Part shown: piece by piece, positions 48,725 through 57,973 of the stretch
Layout of the letters: each line of letters starts with the position of its first letter
Position numbering within the stretch: position 1 is the first letter of the stretch
Notes under the pieces: model-generated
Told to the model about the DNA's origin: nothing
Seen by the model: the letters and a program-made list of their open reading frames with translations, nothing else
Databases searched by the model: none
DNA from: a virus
Reading direction: 5' to 3' (one strand)
Virus record (IMG/VR): IMGVR_UViG_3300028283_000495
DNA length: 64,000 nt
Translations under genes and position numbers: made by a program

Positions 48725-49513
48725 ATGATGCTTAATTATATGCAATACATAAAAGAAATGGAAGATCCTTTATCTGGTACAACGTCAGATATAAAGATCA
48801 AAGTAGAAGGTAAAAACTCTCTAGTTCAAACCCTTATAGATAATCTTTCTATTGTTGTTAAGAAAAGAAAATTAAAAAGTGTTCGTATAAAAGGCATTAC
48901 GGGTTATATCAATAGACAAACATTTACACATCACGGTAATTTTTACGATACTTATCTCGAAGTCACTCTTACTAATAAAGACGTTATAGTGGGTGAATAT
49001 AAATCGTCAAGTAATAGTGTTCTTGTTAGAATTAATGATGATATAGTTTACGATATGGATAATAAAGCGTTTGATAACGAAGTTTTAATTGATAAGATGG
49101 TAGGTGAATATATTAAGTATTTAAAAGAGAAGAGATTCAGTATCAATGAAGCTGTTACAGAAAAAGAAAACGGAGATAAGGTTTACGATTTTGATAATAT
49201 TATAGAACATGCGGTAAAATATCTAAAAGCTGATGATTATGTAATAAATGACGCTATAAGAAGAATGTTATTAAATAAAAATGCTACCTTTTGGATGCTT
49301 TTAGATGACGATCAAGTGGGATCTTTTGAAAAGACTTCTATCATCAAAGACGTCTCTTATCAATACAATATGATTCTTGTAACTACTAAGAATAACATGG
49401 AAGGGTTTATCGATTTAAGTAAACCTGTTACAGTTCACCCTAATTTTTTTAAAGAAGAAAAAAAGGCAAAAGAAGAAAGAGTAAGATGGTACCATAAAGG
49501 AAAATTAAATTAA
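48725..49513 (+). CDS. hypothetical protein, targeting-like N-terminus
   Basis: LNYMQYIKE; internal FSINE|A; C-terminal RWYHKGKL. Confidence 0.65.
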   Translation: MMLNYMQYIKEMEDPLSGTTSDIKIKVEGKNSLVQTLIDNLSIVVKKRKLKSVRIKGITGYINRQTFTHHGNFYDTYLEVTLTNKDVIVGEYKSSSNSVLVRINDDIVYDMDNKAFDNEVLIDKMVGEYIKYLKEKRFSINEAVTEKENGDKVYDFDNIIEHAVKYLKADDYVINDAIRRMLLNKNATFWMLLDDDQVGSFEKTSIIKDVSYQYNMILVTTKNNMEGFIDLSKPVTVHPNFFKEEKKAKEERVRWYHKGKLN

Positions 49514-49584
49514 GTTTTGTATTGTAATATTTTTTTATTAAATTTGCCGATCAATATATAGAATTAAGAATTATAAAGATAAAC

Positions 49585-50430
49585 ATGAGTCTAAAAGGTT
49601 ATAAAAAATTCAACGAAGCACGTAGGCACAAGCCAAAAGGAAGGCATAGAGGGGGAAATATGAACACTATCCCTCAACAGCGTTTCCCCAATTCTTCGTG
49701 GAAAGAAGACGTACCAAGGTTCACCAATAGGGTTGAACCACGTGGTATGAATATGACCTTTTCAGAAAGATTTAAATATATTCTCACTAAAATAAGTAAA
49801 AAAGGAAATAAAATAGCAAAAGAACTACTTGAACTCCCTAATAAACCAGAAGCCAAATTTGAATACTCTTATCTTGACCTAACAGGAAGACAAGATACTA
49901 TGTCTTATCTACCTAATGGTGCAAAAGATATTCCAGAGGAAGAAAGATATAAATCTAATAAAAGACAACATTCCAAAATTTATAAAACCGTAAAAACTAT
50001 ATTTGGTAGTAAGTACACAAAAAACGAGGTTACTAAATTTGTTTCTATTTACAACGAAGTTTATAAACAAGGACCAGATAAAGCAGATACCTCAAAACCA
50101 AAACAGTCTGACGAGCAATTACTTAAAAAGATAATTGAGGACACAAAGAGTGATAAATTAAAATGGAAAAAGGAGACAGGTGCTGGTAATATGGCTAGAT
50201 ATGAAGCCAAGGTTACTATTACAGAAAAGAAGTATCTTGTGTTTTGCTTCTTTCATTTTGATCAATCTATAAAAGAAGAGGCTATGTCTTTCATAACTAT
50301 TAATCTTTATAACGATTTAGGTAAGACTAAAGATGATAAAACAATGTGGATAAACACGTTACAATTTAAAGATATAACAGATTTCTTACCAGTTTTCAAA
50401 GAAAAATATAAAATTGAAGTTGAAGCCTAA
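49585..50430 (+). CDS. hypothetical protein, targeting-like N-terminus
   Basis: LKGYKKFNE|A; IIEDTKSDKLKW domain. Confidence 0.65.
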   Translation: MSLKGYKKFNEARRHKPKGRHRGGNMNTIPQQRFPNSSWKEDVPRFTNRVEPRGMNMTFSERFKYILTKISKKGNKIAKELLELPNKPEAKFEYSYLDLTGRQDTMSYLPNGAKDIPEEERYKSNKRQHSKIYKTVKTIFGSKYTKNEVTKFVSIYNEVYKQGPDKADTSKPKQSDEQLLKKIIEDTKSDKLKWKKETGAGNMARYEAKVTITEKKYLVFCFFHFDQSIKEEAMSFITINLYNDLGKTKDDKTMWINTLQFKDITDFLPVFKEKYKIEVEA

Positions 50431-51032
50431 TGGATCTAAATAAACCAAAGGACGTATTAAAAGATTTACTTAGAGATACTGAGAACGATAAAATAAAATG
50501 GGACGTTTCCATTGAAGAACAGTTCATTAAGGCTACTCATTTTATAGACGTGACCAAAAATAAAAAGGTCACTTTCAAATTAGTATATTTTCTTAATCAT
50601 CCCAAGGGGTCAAAATTAACTATAATTTACGACGTTAGAACAGACTTTTCCAGAAGGTCAGCCACATTAATGGATTCAGGTGGTAAGAATAAGAAGTCAG
50701 AAGTTAAAGATATATCTTACCTTCTTCATAAAATATTATTAAAAGAAGAAAGATATAAAGACGTTGAAATCTTCATAGAAGATAAATTTGATATTGGTGA
50801 TAGAGTTGTTGTTACAAAGGTTCAGGAATTTAATGGAGACGAACTTGGACAAAAGGGAACAATTCTAGCTGAGTTATCTGGAAGAGATAAAGAAGTTCTT
50901 TTCTTGATTAAATTTGATAATAAGTTTAGTGACGTTATGGTTGACGGTGAGTTTGCTTTAAACACGGGACAAACAAGAGATGGTAATGCTTGGTCTTTTA
51001 AACCTGAAAATATAAAAAGAATTAAAGATTAG
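50430..51032 (+). CDS. hypothetical protein with LLRDTENDKIKW domain and C-terminal KOW/SH3-like domain
   Basis: FDIGDRVVV...GQKGTI. Confidence 0.6.
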   Translation: MDLNKPKDVLKDLLRDTENDKIKWDVSIEEQFIKATHFIDVTKNKKVTFKLVYFLNHPKGSKLTIIYDVRTDFSRRSATLMDSGGKNKKSEVKDISYLLHKILLKEERYKDVEIFIEDKFDIGDRVVVTKVQEFNGDELGQKGTILAELSGRDKEVLFLIKFDNKFSDVMVDGEFALNTGQTRDGNAWSFKPENIKRIKD

Positions 51033-51856
51033 CCTATTCTAACAAAATCGTAATCTTTTACTTTATTAAAAGGAACTATAAATCTAGATCCACCATTGGT
51101 AACAAAAGTGACTTTAATTCTATCATAATCTATATCTGTAACAACGTAGGAGTTACTTCTAACACCAATATCAGATCTAAGAGTATAGAATTGATTTAAT
51201 CTAACATCTTCAATATTGGATGGAAAATCGTCACCTATTTCAACAGGATCATCGTCTTCAATGATATCGTCTTCAATATCTTTAATTAATTTACCTTTTG
51301 AATACCATTTAACACCTTCTTTTGTAGGTTCTACATTTTCTTTAATAGATTTCATTACACGCTCTAAAATTAGAAATATACCATCTCTACCTTCTATTAT
51401 ATCAACATTACCTTGTTGATAACGATGTGGTCCAGTTTTTGCTCTTTTCGGATCTCCTTTAACGTTATATCTGGCATAAAGATTGCCAGCTAGTCCGTCT
51501 ACAAATAAAGCAAAATAATTACGTTTATCTTCTACTAATTCTTCACCGTCTTCTTTTAATAACTCAAAACCTAGTGGATCATCAGCGTAAACTAATTGAT
51601 AACCAAAGTTCCAGTCTATTCTCTCTACTATAAAGTCGTATAATTCTTTTACTTTATTACGCTCGTCCCATATTTCTTCCCCATAAGGATCTAAATCTTC
51701 GTGGCCTTCTCTCATCAAACAATACTGCTCGTATGTGGCAATCTTTCTTGCTGACGGATCTGTTCCGCCTGCAGCCTTATTAGTTTTGGCTTTACCAGAT
51801 TTCTTCATCAGTTTCTTAAACTGTTTCACAGTAGATTTTCTTGGTAATCCAGGCAT
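51029..51856 (-). CDS. modular hypothetical protein
   Basis: ATYEQY..MREG, DPYGEEIW, KWYSKGKL motifs. Confidence 0.65.
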   Translation of the reverse strand: MPGLPRKSTVKQFKKLMKKSGKAKTNKAAGGTDPSARKIATYEQYCLMREGHEDLDPYGEEIWDERNKVKELYDFIVERIDWNFGYQLVYADDPLGFELLKEDGEELVEDKRNYFALFVDGLAGNLYARYNVKGDPKRAKTGPHRYQQGNVDIIEGRDGIFLILERVMKSIKENVEPTKEGVKWYSKGKLIKDIEDDIIEDDDPVEIGDDFPSNIEDVRLNQFYTLRSDIGVRSNSYVVTDIDYDRIKVTFVTNGGSRFIVPFNKVKDYDFVRIG

Positions 51857-52926
51857 TAGAAATCATTAATTTTTGGACGTTGGCCAGTGCCACTCATAGA
51901 TTCCCACTCTTTCAAATAACCAGCTAATCCTATATTCCTATAAAACATTATAACATCTCTTCTTTCAACTTGGTAAAATTTAACAAGTATAAGATTTAAT
52001 TGATCTATTTTAGCTAAAAACTCGTTGAATTCTACATCTTTATCTACCGACGTTTTTGCTTGTAAACTATCCACTATTCCCACTAAACTTCTTAGTGAAG
52101 TATCTTTTATGAAAGAGCTCCAACTTTTATATTTATTAAGATAACCGTCTACTATATTAAGGTTTTCTTTTGTTTCTGGTGGAACGTCATCTATCTCTCT
52201 TCTGGGGTTTACTTTTTTAACTGCTGTTTTAGGTGGTCTTGTTAAGTCGTAATTTATTCTGCGGTGTCCTTCTTCGCCAGCGTAGAATTCAGTTTTAACT
52301 GATTCGGGAGCTAGTTTGAACCAACCTTTGGGTCTATCTAATTTATTTTGTTTACCTATTAACATCATGAGTTTCCAACAATTATCGTAGGTGTTGTCGT
52401 ATTTCTTTTGGAATATAACGTCACTATAAATAAGTTTCATGATGTCTGCTGAATCCTCTGGTTTCTGTAATATTAAAGATTGTTTAATAACTTCTTCTGA
52501 GAAGGATAAATCTTTCATACCAGCTTTATAGGCGTCATCAAGTCTTTTCTTTTCTTCGTTGATGAAAAGTTGTCTTTTATGTTTAGTTAAGTTTGGTTTT
52601 AAATAGTGAAGATTATTACGCATCTCTTTTGTGCCTTTAATATCTCTAACACCCAACCATCGAGTATCTTCTTTTTTAAAGAATGTTCTAGCTTTTTGGT
52701 CTCCTCTTTTCCATCTCTTCATAAAATCGTCAAGAAATTTATCAAGGAAAGAAGGGCTGATTGTGATTTTATGATCAGTCATGAGGACGTTGGACATTTC
52801 TTCAACGTCTATGGTTTCTTTGGGTTCGAGTGAAACTATGACGTCGTGCATTGCGTCTCTTAATTTTCTACTGGAAATCATAGCCATGTCCTCGTTTAAA
52901 AAATCATTGTAATTTAATTCTATCAT
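51856..52926 (-). CDS. hypothetical protein, targeting-like N-terminus
   Basis: LNYNDFLNE|D. Confidence 0.65.
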   Translation of the reverse strand: MIELNYNDFLNEDMAMISSRKLRDAMHDVIVSLEPKETIDVEEMSNVLMTDHKITISPSFLDKFLDDFMKRWKRGDQKARTFFKKEDTRWLGVRDIKGTKEMRNNLHYLKPNLTKHKRQLFINEEKKRLDDAYKAGMKDLSFSEEVIKQSLILQKPEDSADIMKLIYSDVIFQKKYDNTYDNCWKLMMLIGKQNKLDRPKGWFKLAPESVKTEFYAGEEGHRRINYDLTRPPKTAVKKVNPRREIDDVPPETKENLNIVDGYLNKYKSWSSFIKDTSLRSLVGIVDSLQAKTSVDKDVEFNEFLAKIDQLNLILVKFYQVERRDVIMFYRNIGLAGYLKEWESMSGTGQRPKINDF

Positions 52927-53041
52927 AATATAATTATATTTTGGAGGAACTAACCCCTTTTTTAATATATAACTATATATAAAAATAATTTGTTAAAAAA
53001 TCAAACTTTACCTGTAAATAAAAATAAAACAATAAAATAAT

Positions 53042-53317
53042 ATGCCCACTGTGAAATTAAACCTTAAAGAGAAAATAGCCTATCGATCTTTCGATAGCCA
53101 AGATAAATTGAACGAGTTTATGGTAGAATATATATTCAACGCCAAAACTGATAAAATCATTTTTAAAGGAGATCCTTGGGAAATAAACCTTAAACTCTTA
53201 AAGAAACTTATTGATAAGGAAAATCCACTTGTTGAGAACAACGACATAAGGGGAGCTTTTAGAAAGATTATACAATTAACTATGAATGAACCTTATTGTG
53301 TTATTTACAAGGAGTAA
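53042..53317 (+). CDS. hypothetical protein
   Basis: ORF. Confidence 0.55.
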   Translation: MPTVKLNLKEKIAYRSFDSQDKLNEFMVEYIFNAKTDKIIFKGDPWEINLKLLKKLIDKENPLVENNDIRGAFRKIIQLTMNEPYCVIYKE

Positions 53318-53551
53318 TCACATATCTGGTTTATCGTGTTGTGATCTAACACATCTTTCGTATTCTACAATTTTCTTTTTATATTCAATAAAAGCCTTTT
53401 GTATTACTCTTATCGATTCTTCTACGTCACAAGGCTTTTTCAAATCAACCTTCATTAGTAGATTAACTATTCTTGTTGCGTAAACGAATTCTTCTGGGAG
53501 ATTCATTTCTTTCGCTGTTGGCTTATTTTCGTCTAATATTTCTTTCATCAC
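53318..53551 (-). CDS. hypothetical protein
   Basis: Coupled to upstream tagged gene. Confidence 0.55.
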   Translation of the reverse strand: MMKEILDENKPTAKEMNLPEEFVYATRIVNLLMKVDLKKPCDVEESIRVIQKAFIEYKKKIVEYERCVRSQHDKPDM

Positions 53552-53826
53552 TTATTAGTCATTTCATCTATTAATTTCGTCCTTCTGAAATTTTGATATT
53601 CTTCTGTATCATGTCTTCTACCATTTACGTAAAACTGGTGTCCTATACCATCAAAAAATTCAATGGCCGGACCGTCTTCTCTATGTAGTTGATTATTAAA
53701 TTTATATTCAAATCTATCTCCGAATCTAATTTTTTGAGGTTCGTTGCATTTAAGCCAATTTAGTACACCTACTTCTTCTGTATAAAATTCGGCATCAAGT
53801 TTTGCTTCTTTAGTTTTTACGGGCAT
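53548..53826 (-). CDS. HRxDGPA-motif protein with C-terminal tag
   Basis: LHREDGPAIEF; QNFRRTKLIDEM. Confidence 0.7.
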   Translation of the reverse strand: MPVKTKEAKLDAEFYTEEVGVLNWLKCNEPQKIRFGDRFEYKFNNQLHREDGPAIEFFDGIGHQFYVNGRRHDTEEYQNFRRTKLIDEMTNK

Positions 53827-54080
53827 AATTCATCTATTAGTTTTGTTCTGTGGTGATTTTTAAATTCCCCTAATGATAAAAACATATCGAAAATTTTACC
53901 TTCCCATTCACATTTATCACAAATATAGTTTCGATCTTTCATATCGGCCATGAAATCATCTATTTCACCAGTATTATTACCACATTTGGGGCAATGTATG
54001 GTAGATGGCCAACTACTTCTACCAACCCATCCATATGAATTAGGAACAGCTCTACTTACATATCCACTTTCGTTATACAT
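53817..54080 (-). CDS. zinc-ribbon protein with C-terminal tag
   Basis: CPKCG...CDKCEWEG; KNHHRTKLIDEL. Confidence 0.75.
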   Translation of the reverse strand: MYNESGYVSRAVPNSYGWVGRSSWPSTIHCPKCGNNTGEIDDFMADMKDRNYICDKCEWEGKIFDMFLSLGEFKNHHRTKLIDELCP

Positions 54081-54361
54081 TAAATGGTCTTTACGATATT
54101 GATTATTGTTCCTAGGAAATCTTTAATCCAGTTACCAATGAGGGAACCACTCCAAAGCGGAAAAAACAAAATTACAATAATTAAAATGAAAAGCAAAAAC
54201 TTTTTTATATTTTTTCTATTATTGTGCCAAAACAAGATTAGATTAAATGGTCTCTTAGCTGGATCTTTTATTTTTCTACCATCGTGAATATTCATAAGAT
54301 TCTGGTTTTGTTGATTATATATTAAAAGACGAAATAAGTTTTCAAAATGTTTCCCAAACAT
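54080..54361 (-). CDS. small membrane protein
   Basis: KKFLLFILIIVILFFPLW. Confidence 0.55.
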   Translation of the reverse strand: MFGKHFENLFRLLIYNQQNQNLMNIHDGRKIKDPAKRPFNLILFWHNNRKNIKKFLLFILIIVILFFPLWSGSLIGNWIKDFLGTIINIVKTI

Positions 54362-54830
54362 TTTCCAAACATTTTCTGTTAATCACTTGGCACATAGTGA
54401 ATATACATTTCTTACCGTTAAGTTCTATAACTGAACCACTAAATAAACCTCTGAGTTTCTTCCCCTTTATAGATCTAAATGGTATCGTAATATTTTTGAA
54501 AAATTCCCCCTCTTTTATAACACCGTACATTTTGTCTTTAACCTCTTTATCTATTATACCGTGATTGAGCACGGAAGTATCATGTCCAATTACTTGATAT
54601 TTATTATCTAACTCTATAATCTTAACAAAAGCCTCATTAACATCTATTATTATATTAGTTTCGGCGTCAGCTATAGCCATAGGACAAGGATTAAGATCAA
54701 AAATTTTAAAGAATTTTTCTTCCACAATCCTTAATTCATCAGCAGTACATTTTAGTTCTCTTTCTACGTATTCTTGTTCTATAACAATACCCGATGTAAT
54801 TAGCTCTTCATTATGATTAATTAATTTCAT
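54342..54830 (-). CDS. stand-alone PAS-domain protein
   Basis: FFKIFDLNPCPMAIAD...IIDVNEAF...VIGH...RSIKGK..RGLFSG.VIELNG. Confidence 0.75.
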   Translation of the reverse strand: MKLINHNEELITSGIVIEQEYVERELKCTADELRIVEEKFFKIFDLNPCPMAIADAETNIIIDVNEAFVKIIELDNKYQVIGHDTSVLNHGIIDKEVKDKMYGVIKEGEFFKNITIPFRSIKGKKLRGLFSGSVIELNGKKCIFTMCQVINRKCLENVWETF

Positions 54831-54892
54831 AAATTAGCGGTTTTTTACTCATGTATATATTTAAAATCAAAAATGGAAATCGTCAAAATTTT

Positions 54893-55108
54893 TTACAATC
54901 CTCTTTCTATGAGATGTTCCCGTATAGATTGAAATTTTCCTTCTTTGTCTGGCTCTACTATATCCCACACTTCTTTTGGATCAACTTTTGTAATTGACTT
55001 AGATTTGAAATCTATAACCAGGTACCAAGAATTTCCATTAGATACAATAGTATCTAGAATTCTACAATAAGTTCTTCCGTCTTTTAATAAGACAATTTTA
55101 TTTTTCAT
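54893..55108 (-). CDS. hypothetical protein
   Basis: ORF. Confidence 0.55.
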   Translation of the reverse strand: MKNKIVLLKDGRTYCRILDTIVSNGNSWYLVIDFKSKSITKVDPKEVWDIVEPDKEGKFQSIREHLIERGL

Positions 55109-55112
55109 TTAT

Positions 55113-55709
55113 TTAAATTATTTTATATCTACTATTCATCAACATTTTTGGTGTAAATTCCTCCATTGCCATCAATGAAATAGATTTAACAAGTATATCG
55201 ATATATATGGTATTTTTTGTTTCAAGTTGTCTATTTATATCAGTTACTAAAGCTTCAACTAATTTATTCTCCATCTTTTGAACAATATCCATACCAGTAG
55301 CGGCCTCAATATCCTTCTTATTTTCATGAGATAAAGTTATACCATATTCCTTCTGCTCTAATCTAGGCATTATATCAAATGTTTTCCCACTTAAATTAAG
55401 TTTAGATAATACTTTCATACTCATAGGTAAAAGATTTTGTCCTATATCCCTACCGTCGGCTGGTGGATCAGCGTAAGGAAAAAATCCTCCCATACCATGT
55501 CTATGTGAATCGTAATCATAACTTTCTAATTGATGATATTCAGCGTAAATAGCCATAAACTGCCTTATTTCTGGATCTACTGCTTTTAAAGCGTCTAAAA
55601 CTGGAGCCCACTTCCTTGAAGCTTTTTCAGTATCTATCTTGTAGTTTCTACCTTTTATTTCATATTCCTTTTCCATATTACTCTTCCTTATTTTTTTCAG
55701 CGTACTCAT
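55113..55709 (-). CDS. short protein resembling the N-terminus of T4-like major capsid protein
   Basis: KWAPVLD...MAIYAEYHQLES...LLPMSMKV. Confidence 0.4.
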   Translation of the reverse strand: MSTLKKIRKSNMEKEYEIKGRNYKIDTEKASRKWAPVLDALKAVDPEIRQFMAIYAEYHQLESYDYDSHRHGMGGFFPYADPPADGRDIGQNLLPMSMKVLSKLNLSGKTFDIMPRLEQKEYGITLSHENKKDIEAATGMDIVQKMENKLVEALVTDINRQLETKNTIYIDILVKSISLMAMEEFTPKMLMNSRYKII

Positions 55710-55719
55710 TTACCCACTT

Positions 55720-55971
55720 TTGACGCTCAATTTTTTCCAATCCGAACTAGAAGCCACTTTGGGTTATTATTATTTCTTTTTCGGTTGGGCATCTATGTTA
55801 GAAGGATCATCTAAAAAAGAAGATTTTAAAGAAGGTGTAGGAATAAATGATTGTAATTCAAGTAGATCAAAAACAATATGGTTTTATGAAATTGAATCAA
55901 GTAATGAGAAGAACTTGAGGAGACTAAAAATAATTGATAGATCTTTAAATGAAACAGTACAAAGAAGTTGA
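55720..55971 (+). CDS. hypothetical protein with C-terminal tag
   Basis: NLRRLKIIDRSLNE. Confidence 0.55.
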   Translation: MTLNFFQSELEATLGYYYFFFGWASMLEGSSKKEDFKEGVGINDCNSSRSKTIWFYEIESSNEKNLRRLKIIDRSLNETVQRS

Positions 55972-56290
55972 AAACAAAATTGAATACGAAGTGTTTGAGT
56001 TTGATGAAACCGAACAAGACTACGAAGTTCGTATCATAGAAAGATTTGATTACGCTAAAATTAAAAGAGTCTATGATACTTACACTAACACTTACTATTT
56101 TAAAAGAGGTGAAGCACATAACGATTACGGACCAGCAATGGTAGCTGAAGCAACAGGTCCAGTCTATTACAGATTTGGAGATAAAGTAAAAGACGAAGAG
56201 TGGAAAGCTTATTATCGCACAATGATAATGGATAGAATGTTAAATAGTGACGAATTTCCACCAAAACCAAAAAAATTAGAAGACGTATGA
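55949..56290 (+). CDS. HNDYGPA-motif protein with C-terminal tag
   Basis: AHNDYGPAMV; EWKAYYRTMIMDRMLN. Confidence 0.7.
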   Translation: MKQYKEVENKIEYEVFEFDETEQDYEVRIIERFDYAKIKRVYDTYTNTYYFKRGEAHNDYGPAMVAEATGPVYYRFGDKVKDEEWKAYYRTMIMDRMLNSDEFPPKPKKLEDV

Positions 56291-57753
56291 AAAAATTAGA
56301 ATCCAGATCGAAAAAGAAAATAATTGAATTTTTATCAATAGACCCTATATTTAATGTCTATACTAGAAAATATATGGACTATCTCATCATTAAAAATGAT
56401 CTGAGAATGATATATATTGTTGACTTTGAAAGAATTGGAAAATTAAATTCAGAAATTGGATACGAAGAAGTTAACAAGAAATTTAGAAATATTTTCAAAA
56501 AGAAAATAGATGGTTGTTATATTGGTAGATTCTTCTCTGGTGACGAATTAATAATAGCTTTTGATAATGATTGGGAACAAAAAGATTGTAAAAACGCCAT
56601 TAAAAAAATTAGGAAAAAAGCTAGAAAAGAAGGATTGAATTTTAAATGTCTTCACGTAGGATTGAGTAATAAATCTGGTGGAACTAGTGGTATGGATGGC
56701 GGACATAAGGATCATACTATTGATTGGGCAAATAAATTAAATAGATTAAAACATAAAGTCTTACCTATGAAATCAGAAGATTTGCGTAATATAGGTTTTT
56801 ATACTCTTTCTGATTATAGGGCTATGAAAACTAATATTGATTCTGATATGCAAAGAGGTGAAATTATAATTACTGAGTATTGTAATTTTAAATGTCCTTA
56901 TTGTAGAGGTCTTAATGATGAAATTTATAAAGACAGGAAGTTCAAACAACTCACTCTTGATGAAGTTAAAGAGATAATAGATTTATGGAGCCCACTATCT
57001 AATATAAGATTTTCGGGCGGTGAGCCAACTCTTCATAAAGATTTACTTGAAATGGTTAAATACGCAGCTGATAGCGGAGTAATGAGAATAGCTATATCTA
57101 CAAATGGAACAGCCGATTTGGATTATTATAAAAAATTAATAGAAGCTGGCGTTAATGATTTCTCGATCAGTTTAGACGCTTGTTGTATTTCAGACGGTAA
57201 TAAAATGTCTGGGGTTGAAGATTCATGGTATAAAGTAGTTTACAATATACGTGAAATTAGTAAACTATCATATGTAACAGTTGGTGTAGTTTTAACGCCA
57301 GATAATGTAGAATCTTGTATTCTAACTGTAAGATTCGCTCACGAATTAGGAGTATCTGATATTCGTATAATTTCAGCTGCCCAGTGGAACGAAAAAATTG
57401 CAGGATTAGATTTAATAGAGAACGAAATACTCAGTGAACATCCAATTTTAAAATATAGGGTAGAACATTTTAATAATGGCGTGAATGTTAGGGGATTATC
57501 TGAAACGGATAGTAAGAATTGTGGTATTGTTATAGATGATAGTATAGTAGCTGGTCAAATGCACTTTCCTTGTGTAATTTATATGCGTGAAGGCGGACAA
57601 CCTATCGGTAAAGTTGGACCCAATATGAGACAAGAAAGATTTGATTGGTTTAAGAATCATAACTGCATTGAAGACAAAATATGTAAATCTCAATGTTTGG
57701 ATGTGTGTAGGGATTATAACAATAGGGTAAAAAAATTACAACCAGATTTATGA
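56287..57753 (+). CDS. GGDEF-like domain fused to radical SAM enzyme
   Basis: IVDFERIGKLNSEIGY...RFFSGDELII; CNFKCPYC, RFSGGEPTLH, STNGT, C-terminal Cys cluster C..C...IC...CLDVC. Confidence 0.8.
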   Translation: MKKLESRSKKKIIEFLSIDPIFNVYTRKYMDYLIIKNDLRMIYIVDFERIGKLNSEIGYEEVNKKFRNIFKKKIDGCYIGRFFSGDELIIAFDNDWEQKDCKNAIKKIRKKARKEGLNFKCLHVGLSNKSGGTSGMDGGHKDHTIDWANKLNRLKHKVLPMKSEDLRNIGFYTLSDYRAMKTNIDSDMQRGEIIITEYCNFKCPYCRGLNDEIYKDRKFKQLTLDEVKEIIDLWSPLSNIRFSGGEPTLHKDLLEMVKYAADSGVMRIAISTNGTADLDYYKKLIEAGVNDFSISLDACCISDGNKMSGVEDSWYKVVYNIREISKLSYVTVGVVLTPDNVESCILTVRFAHELGVSDIRIISAAQWNEKIAGLDLIENEILSEHPILKYRVEHFNNGVNVRGLSETDSKNCGIVIDDSIVAGQMHFPCVIYMREGGQPIGKVGPNMRQERFDWFKNHNCIEDKICKSQCLDVCRDYNNRVKKLQPDL

Positions 57754-57968
57754 TAGAACTCAAAACAGGACATGGTGGAGAATGGGTATTTTTGTTGAGT
57801 TCGGAAGAATTTGAAAAATACAATCTTCAAGGATTTAAAATGGATATAAATTCTTATTTCGACGCTGACGGTGAACCACTTATCTGTGTTAGATTTAATA
57901 AAGATAACGAACTTAAAAGTTTTAAAAGATCAAAACTAATAGATAAGATGTTAGATAAAAAAACATAA
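57750..57968 (+). CDS. hypothetical protein with C-terminal tag
   Basis: ELKSFKRSKLIDKML. Confidence 0.7.
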   Translation: MIELKTGHGGEWVFLLSSEEFEKYNLQGFKMDINSYFDADGEPLICVRFNKDNELKSFKRSKLIDKMLDKKT

Positions 57969-57973
57969 CATAT

